This document shows, in pieces, positions 60,586 to 64,000 of a stretch of 64,000 bases of DNA (positions are counted from its first letter, which is position 1; each line of letters opens with the position of its first letter). The translations under genes and the position numbers were made by a program. Origin of the DNA: Macrostomum hystrix (Eukaryota > Animalia > Platyhelminthes); NCBI GenBank assembly GCA_950097015.1, contig CATNEN010000026.1, positions 1,674,001-1,738,000 on the forward strand, given 5' to 3'. The notes under the pieces were generated by a model. It was not told where the DNA came from and searched no databases. It saw only the letters and a program-made list of their open reading frames with translations.

Positions 60586-62652
60586 TCATGGCTTGTGAAA
60601 GCGCGTAAATTTTTTGCTTTCCTCGTGCACCGGCATTTCGTTAGCCTTGAAGTCGTTCAGCTCCTTGCGTATGCGAGCCTGCAATGGGAGCGCAGGTAGC
60701 TGGTGAAGTTATTTTATTATTATTATTATTATTATTAAAACGCGCACGCCATCTATGGGTGCTGATTTTTTTTCTTTTTATATATATTTTTTAACAACAC
60801 ATTTAAATGAACAACGAAAAGCAACATAAAAAGCGAAGTTTAGTAGGAATCAAATTTTATTTTATTACACCCATCCTCAATTACCCCAGCTGATGCTGTT
60901 GCCCATTTAATAGCTGGGTGAACTGAAGCAATGCAGAGTTAAGTGTCTTGCTGAAGGACACAAATTGTTCCAGTAGAGTCTAGGATCGAACCCCAACCTT
61001 CAAGTCTTGAATCCGACGCTCTAGTCACTAGGCTATAAGCCTCGCTGTGGTTAGAGCGTTTATTAAAGTCTTAAATTAGGATTATCGATCGAACGACATT
61101 GAGAATCGCCCGAACTGGCCACGTGACAGCTGTTGACCAACAGCAACATACTTGTACATGTGAGTAGCCAATTAAAATGATTTACGACTGTTACCTTATC
61201 AATAGCTGTGAGCCTAGTCCACGGCTTGTCTATCATGCGATCGTACTCCTCAGTGTTAGTCACCTCAACATAGTCATTGAATCGGATAATTCGCTTCTCG
61301 CGCAGCTCCTGCACGGTGGGCCGGAAGCTGAGCTTTCTAGTCAGGAAGCGGATTTTCTGCTGCTTCTCAGTTTCCAGGGCGGCCTCTGATTTGTCGTGCA
61401 GAATGTTTCTGTCCTGCAGTTCAGTTGGCGTCGGCCTCAGGCTCAGCCGGCGTTCGAGCGCAGAGCCGATCTTTGAGCGCTCCTCGCGTCGCTGATCAGA
61501 CGGCACCCGACGCAGGGACAGGGTCTGCTGACGCTCGCGCTGGCGATTCTCCAGGAAGCGCGCCATCGAGTCGCGTCGGCGAACTCTGGCAGCCAGATCC
61601 GAGGCCCTAGAATTGTCGCCCTGATTCGCTTGCGAAGCATTGTCATTGTCTGGCTCCTCTTCATCTGAGGTTGGCGGCGTTGGCGGGCGATGCCGGACAG
61701 TGACGGGTCTGAATGGAGCTCCGCAGGGACGTCTAATGATGCCGCGAATCGGCCGGAAGCTGGGGTCGGCGGGCTCCCTGGCTGGCACTCGCTCGTAGCG
61801 ACCAATCACAACAGCTGCTGATTGAACAGGCTGAGGCGACGCTGTGGTCTCGTCCTCATTTGGAACGTCGTCATAGAAGCGATCGCCACTTTTGGGATCA
61901 ATGTTGACTGCGGCGTCGGCCGCGGTGTTAGTCTTCTCTTGATCCTTGGCATTGTGTAGCGCCACTGCTGCAGAAGGCGGTGTCTGCTGCTGCTTGTTCA
62001 CTCTAGAGGCCAGCAGTTCCGCCTGCAGGCCTTTGGCAGCCACGGCAGCAGCAGCCGCTGCTGAAACGTGTTATTCAGTTTGCTAATTCCGATCTTCAGA
62101 CTTATGATCTGGAGGTCAGGAGTTCGAGCCTATCCTTAAAGGTATAAAATTTGTGTCCTTGAGCAAGACAATTGATTTCCTAGTTCACACAACTCGACCA
62201 TGTCAGCTCACCGGCACCTCGCGGTTTAGGCGGTGGAATCGGCGGCAGAACGGCCACGCCGCCAAAGGCTTTGACCGGGTGAGGCGGAGGTGGCTGCGGC
62301 TGCGGCTGCGGCAGATCTGAAGTGGTCGACCAGCATTGGTAGTTTCAGAAAGGAATATGATTTTTCAAAATCATTAAATTAGAGAAGCACACCTGATTGA
62401 GCACAATCAGTCTGCTCACTCATCTGCGTCTCCTGCTTCTGCTTGTCGGCACTAGTCGACGATGAGCCAGCGGTAGACGGCTGCATCGCCTTTGACGCAG
62501 CTGCTTGGGTGTCAGCAGAAGACGATTTGCCCAAGCTCTGGGCTTCAGTGCTGGAGCCGGAGCTTAACTGCTGGACGCTGGCAGACTTGCTCACTGCAGC
62601 CGTGTCATTAGCAGCTTCGTCTGCGGGACGCAGTTTCAATGGATTCTTGTGA
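60586..62652 (-). CDS. PHACTR: Phosphatase and actin regulator (RPEL-repeat, PP1-binding), 3' portion
   Basis: Exons 62652-62393, 62316-62212, 62060-61195 and 60678-60586. RPEL motifs LERRLSLRPTPTELQDRNIL and LTRKLSFRPTVQELREKRI. PP1-binding tail IRFNDYVEV...DKPWTRLT..DK/ARIRKELNDFK.NEMPVHEES...TRFHKP*. The start exon was not found in the window. Confidence 0.9.
60868..61040 (-). mobile_element. SINE family B (CORE-like), 5' part
   Basis: ctgggtgaactgaagcaatgcagagttaagtgtcttgctgaaggacac...ggatcgaacc...ctctagtcactaggcta. Confidence 0.85.
62095..62175 (+). mobile_element. SINE family B head fragment
   Basis: ggaggtcaggagttcgagcc...gtgtccttgagcaagaca. Confidence 0.6.
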
Positions 62653-62689
62653 CTTTAACAAACTGGGGGACAATGGGACGAAATTAGGA

Positions 62690-62995
62690 GCCATTGGGAT
62701 CAGTGTGTCGAAATGATGGGTCATTGGGATGAGTGTGTCGAAATGATGGGTCATTGGGATGTTTATGTCGAAATTATGGGTCATTGGGATGTTGATGTCG
62801 AAATGATGGGTCATTGGGATGTTGATGTCGAAATGATGGGTCATTGGGATGTTGATGTCGAAATGATGGGTCATTGGGATGTTGATGTCGAAATGATGGG
62901 TCGTTGGGATGTTGATGTCGAAGTGATGGGTCATTGGGATGTTGATGTCGATGTGATGGGTCATTGGGATCAGTATGTCGAAATGATAGTAGATC
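62690..62995. repeat. 30-bp minisatellite, ~10 copies, next to a PHACTR acceptor
   Basis: tcattgggatgttgatgtcgaaatgatggg. Confidence 0.93.
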
Positions 62996-64000
62996 TTTGG
63001 GTATGTGTGTGTCGAAATGTCTAAGCTGCCATTTTGAACAATAATAATATTAAACGAGGTTATATTTTACATGGAAAATGTTTAGTTCTCATATAAAGCT
63101 TGTTGCAGATTTGAGCAACAAGGGAGAGGTGAGCTCAAGAAAGCGTTTGCGAGTCATGAGAAGCTCAGAAGAAAATTCATTTGTGCTCAACTGAGTTAAT
63201 AAGAGTACTAAGGGCAGGCGATACGAGCAATAACCCCACAGCCATGTAAACATATTTGTGCGGGTATAAACAGTTTAGATTGTAAAAATATGTGCTCGCA
63301 CAAACTTGAATAGACTCGATTTTAACGAAGTTAAAAGCAATAAAAGCACACATTTTCCATGGCACCGGGTTAATAATAATTAAACAGCTAGAAAATAAAG
63401 TATTATTTAATCGCCTTACCGGCATTGACGTTTAACAGCTGTTCGAAGCTCTTCGCTCGGGTCAAATTAGGGAAAAGATTTCTAAAGAATTTTAACATTA
63501 CATTTGGAGCAGCCGATTCTGCCCCAAAACTCCTAATTAATCAGAGGCAAGAAAACTTTGCCGCTTCGACTAAAGCGAAATCAGCGCTACAGACATTTCT
63601 TGATTGTTTCTGCTTCTCGACAGAACAGCAAAAACTGAAAGAGGTCGTCGCGCAGGCTGCCTTTATAGAACAAAAACAGACTGTACGAAACTATGTACAG
63701 CTATGGCGACTGGGGCCGAGGTGGGTGGAAATGCGAAGGGAAACGAACGGAGAAAGAGAAGTAATTTCGGGATCAATACAACGAGTAGGCGGGCCGGTTC
63801 CTATGCCGAGAGCGGGGTTAGAGGATATTGAGTACTGCATTTGCCCCCAACTATATACGATCAGCTGGGACAATATTACAAATGGAAAGGTAAGGAAAAT
63901 GAACATTTACATATGATATCGTAGAATATCCCACTTTTTTTCTACCGGATTCACTAAACTAAGCACTCTCACCAAATATAGTGTACAGAAGAAGGCTACT

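Noticed and set aside
63425-63916. 163-aa plus-strand ORF near the window end
   Set aside because: It has a TTG start, no recognisable motif and no clear splice context; it may be a repeat fragment in a PHACTR intron. BLASTX is needed.

Overview
Eukaryotic (metazoan) genomic DNA with GC-rich exons, AT-rich GT-AG introns and very high minisatellite and SINE content. The style is most consistent with a macrostomid flatworm such as Macrostomum lignano, which is inference only. Eight protein-coding loci were reconstructed by hand from splice sites and phase. They are the 3' part of a multi-CUB protein (+), an IVNS1ABP-like BTB-BACK-Kelch gene (+), an ATP9-type P4-ATPase (+), an RPL10 with no CDS intron (+), a PAN/apple-like plus fibrinogen-domain gene (+), NOL12/RRP17 (-), RABGGTA (+) and the 3' part of PHACTR (-). 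Mobile elements are a decayed IS630/Tc1-type transposon with IR/DR inverted repeats, a Mutator-like MITE with a perfect 9-bp TSD, an RTE-like LINE 3' fragment and two tRNA-derived SINE families, one CORE-like. About a quarter of the window is 12 tandem arrays with different 14-47 bp units, most abutting splice sites or stop codons. Conserved exons in the ATP9 and Kelch genes carry single-base frameshifts, either long-read consensus errors or a decaying paralogous copy. No CRISPR array, rRNA or bona fide tRNA is supported. Coordinates and counts were read by eye.
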